The translations under genes were made by a program, and so were the position numbers. The notes under the pieces are model-generated. The model had not been told where the DNA came from and made no database searches. It was given only the letters and a program-made list of their open reading frames with translations. From contig NC_000964.3 in assembly GCF_000009045.1 (NCBI RefSeq), positions 270,001 through 302,000 on the forward strand: DNA of 32,000 nt. Direction: 5' to 3'. This document shows, one piece after another, positions 29,438 through 32,000 of this stretch; the stretch's first letter is position 1, and each line of letters opens with the position of its first letter. The DNA comes from Bacillus subtilis subsp. subtilis str. 168 (GTDB taxonomy: Bacteria; Bacillota; Bacilli; Bacillales; Bacillaceae).

Positions 29438-30502
29438 TTATTCTTTGATGAATGCTTCGACTAATTCTGCTGCTCTGTAATCATCCATATCAAGCTGCCA
29501 TTGGTCGATGTCATTTTTCTTCATTTTCACTTCAACTGTTTTTTCAGATGAAGCAGGTCCAAGCTTTTTGAATTCCTCAGGATAGACTTGAAGCGCGTAT
29601 TTCACTGCCTCTTCATAGCTGGCACTAGAGTTTTTACTGTAGTAGTCTTTCACTTTGTCTTCGATGCGGTCTGAAAGAGAAGATGCATCTACAGGTTTAA
29701 CTGTGGCTTCAACAATTGCTTCGTCTTTAGAGATTGAAGTCGTTTTTGCTTGAATGGAAGAGTTTTTGCTTAATCCCTCTTTAATGCCGTTCACGATATT
29801 ATCAAGCGCTTTGCTGTCCGCATATGTGCTGGAAAGGCCGGAAGCTGAGAGATAACCGTCTTTGGCTGATTCATTAAAATCATTTACAATTTCATTTTTG
29901 TTAGCGCCGGTGATTTTTTCGAAATCGGCGTTATCTTTGCCGAAAAGAAGGACATCAACATAAGCTGATAACGCTTTTGCAGAATCTTGGAGCTTATCTG
30001 CCGTCGCCAGGATTTTTTTGTCTTTTCCGTCAATTTTAAAAGTAACTGATTTTGGCTTTTTATCACCGTAAGATTCCGGCGTATAGTTAAGCTCGTATTG
30101 CTTGCCTTTATCTACAACGAAGAAAAGATTTCCTTCAACGGATTTGTCAGCGTTAATCGTGCTGCCCTGAAGCTTTTCGCTATAGTCTTCAGGGTCTGTG
30201 TCAGACATTTTGGTATCACCTTGATACAATGTGAAATCCATACTGTCTACATTCAGCGGGTCTTTTCCTGTGTTTTTCACCGCGACATTGACTTTTAACA
30301 CAAGCTGGTCATCTGAAGTGGACTTATCATATTTAGACGGAAGTGTGTAAGAGACATCCTTGATTTTGACTTGAGCTATATCTGAGCTTTTTTCTGTTTC
30401 TGATTCTTTCTTCTCCGCGCTTGTTTTGCTGCCGGAACAAGCAGCTGTAAACATCATCAGCAGAAGAATTAGGAAAACAGCGTACGTTTTTTTCTGAAAC
30501 AT
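29438..30502 (-). CDS. ycdA: Lipoprotein, DUF4352/DUF5105-like domains
   Basis: 354 aa; signal peptide with lipobox (MMFTAACSG); extracellular lysine-rich region; SD 'aggagg' on the minus strand. Confidence 0.87.
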   Translation of the reverse strand: MFQKKTYAVFLILLLMMFTAACSGSKTSAEKKESETEKSSDIAQVKIKDVSYTLPSKYDKSTSDDQLVLKVNVAVKNTGKDPLNVDSMDFTLYQGDTKMSDTDPEDYSEKLQGSTINADKSVEGNLFFVVDKGKQYELNYTPESYGDKKPKSVTFKIDGKDKKILATADKLQDSAKALSAYVDVLLFGKDNADFEKITGANKNEIVNDFNESAKDGYLSASGLSSTYADSKALDNIVNGIKEGLSKNSSIQAKTTSISKDEAIVEATVKPVDASSLSDRIEDKVKDYYSKNSSASYEEAVKYALQVYPEEFKKLGPASSEKTVEVKMKKNDIDQWQLDMDDYRAAELVEAFIKE

Positions 30503-30829
30503 TCATTTTTCCTCCTCAAATGGTTTAGGAAAGGGGAGTCTTTTGTCTTTGAGAAATGGATCTTTTTGAATGGATTAGCATCATATAACCAAAAAAATCA
30601 GTTCTTTTCTCACGGTTTTCACCGGATTTTCTGGAAACTCCGCCCTCCTTTGTCATGAATGGACCTATAAAAAGTTACAACGGAATTAATTTTAAGATTA
30701 TTAGCTTTTATATTGAATAGGTTCATCATCCTATTTTTGGTGAAAAATGTTCTGGTAAAACTGGTAAACTCAGAAAACTGTGTATTTTAGACTATTACTT
30801 TTTGATTAGTTGGAGGGAACTTAAGAAGG

Positions 30830-32000
30830 ATGAAAGGGGCCGCCTTTGTGAAGAAAGAGGGACTGAAACAAAAAGCACTGGAAATCGGCCGGGTGCCGAC
30901 ACACTTAAAACTGGAAATTGAAGATTATGGCGGTGATGATAAAAGAGCTCATTTTTGTTGGGCAGATCCTCAGGATGAGAATACCGGCATTATCGTGGAG
31001 CTTGGACCGGACGGAGAGCTGGAATCCCTTTCCCGTGATATTGAGCCTGAAAGCGGAGAAAGGCTGTCTGAGGAGAAACTAGAGGATATCATGCGCCAAT
31101 TTGTCGAGACTCATCATCCGGGGGCACTCTCTGCCTTTGTTCGTGAAGAAAATGACCGTGCATACGGCGATAAAGTGAGATTTTCATATGTTCAAATGGA
31201 GGCTGGGCTTCCTCTCCCCATGAGCGGATTTATGGCTGATGTTTCCTTATCAGGTGAGATTGTTTACTTCCGTTATTACGGCGAAGCGGGCAGCATCATC
31301 AAGCCAAAGCGGGTCGCGGATGTTGAAGAGGCACTTGCCTTTATCAAGAAGGACGTGGAGTTCGACCTTTTGTTTGAGGTTCTCCATCGTTCTGTTTACA
31401 AAAACGGAGATGATCAGCCGCATTTGGTGTACGAGCCTGAAGGTAGGGCGATTACCGTACCTGCGGATTTGGTTCAAGAAGAACAAGCAGTTGATGATGA
31501 CGATGATTACAGGGAGCCGGAGAGCTTTCCTCTCCCTTTATTCGAGGGCATCCGCGAAAAGGCCGATCCTGACAGCATGATTGGTATTGAAAATGGGTTT
31601 GTCAAAGAGCGGGAAGCGGATTTGGGAGATGGGAGAATTGGAATCGTTTGGCGGAATCCGGATGACCCTGTGTATCAGCCGGCGGATAAAAGCATGGACA
31701 GCTGGTTTAAGGGACGGACTCATCAAGTGCTGAAAACCATCTATAACAAAGAAACCGGAAAACTCGAAGGCGTCATGTCATTTATGGAGAAAAAAGGGCC
31801 GCTGACAGTAACCTTGGCAGAGTGTGAAAAAATCGCGCTTCGCTTTCTATTTGCTTTATTTCCGAATGCCGATCAATATTTTAGGATCAGATACGACGAA
31901 AAAGATGAAGAAGAAAACGCAGTCGCTGGTTTTACGTTTGAAGCGCATTGTCACGGAGTTCCGCTCCGATTTGGGCAGATCAGAATTTGTGTCAGCCGCC
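30830..32000 (+). CDS. ycdB: PepSY/YcdB-YcdC-domain protein, 5' part (open at right edge)
   Basis: No in-frame stop from ATG 30830 (MKGAAFVKKEGLKQKALEIGRVPTHLKLEIEDYG...) to the window end (...FGQIRICVSR); omitted by the supplied track. The start could instead be GTG at 30848. Confidence 0.82.
   Translation, partial: MKGAAFVKKEGLKQKALEIGRVPTHLKLEIEDYGGDDKRAHFCWADPQDENTGIIVELGPDGELESLSRDIEPESGERLSEEKLEDIMRQFVETHHPGALSAFVREENDRAYGDKVRFSYVQMEAGLPLPMSGFMADVSLSGEIVYFRYYGEAGSIIKPKRVADVEEALAFIKKDVEFDLLFEVLHRSVYKNGDDQPHLVYEPEGRAITVPADLVQEEQAVDDDDDYREPESFPLPLFEGIREKADPDSMIGIENGFVKEREADLGDGRIGIVWRNPDDPVYQPADKSMDSWFKGRTHQVLKTIYNKETGKLEGVMSFMEKKGPLTVTLAECEKIALRFLFALFPNADQYFRIRYDEKDEEENAVAGFTFEAHCHGVPLRFGQIRICVSR

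Overview
The window matches the Bacillus subtilis chromosome from ycbD to ycdB. I recognised this from protein sequences and gene order, not from a database search. In order it contains: a glucarate/galactarate catabolic cluster (3' end of ycbD, gudP, gudD, ycbG, garD); a macrolide-phosphotransferase-like gene (ycbJ); a T-box(Trp)-controlled anti-TRAP operon (Trp-rich leader peptide, rtpA, ycbK); a two-component/ABC module (ycbL-ycbM-ycbN-ycbO); ycbP; cwlJ; ycbR; phoD-tatAD-tatCD; pcp; ycbU; lmrAB; ansZ; lipase; yczC; yccF; natK-natR with natA-natB; yccK; ycdA; and the start of ycdB (open at the right edge). There is no rRNA, tRNA, CRISPR array, phage or IS element. Most of the window is ordinary core genome. 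The most interesting non-coding signal is the leader of ycbJ. It has a 12-codon ORF (MAFIRFRVTRIQ) with a strong Shine-Dalgarno and an Arg-X-Arg (+X+) motif, followed by a hairpin, a possible antiterminator and a terminator. This looks like macrolide-dependent ribosome-stalling attenuation of a macrolide kinase. Other signals worth a look are the double Trp-sensing leader of rtpA, a terminator-like hairpin between tatAD and tatCD, direct repeats upstream of natAB and ycbN, and a possible 48-codon ORF upstream of cwlJ. All structures were folded by eye.
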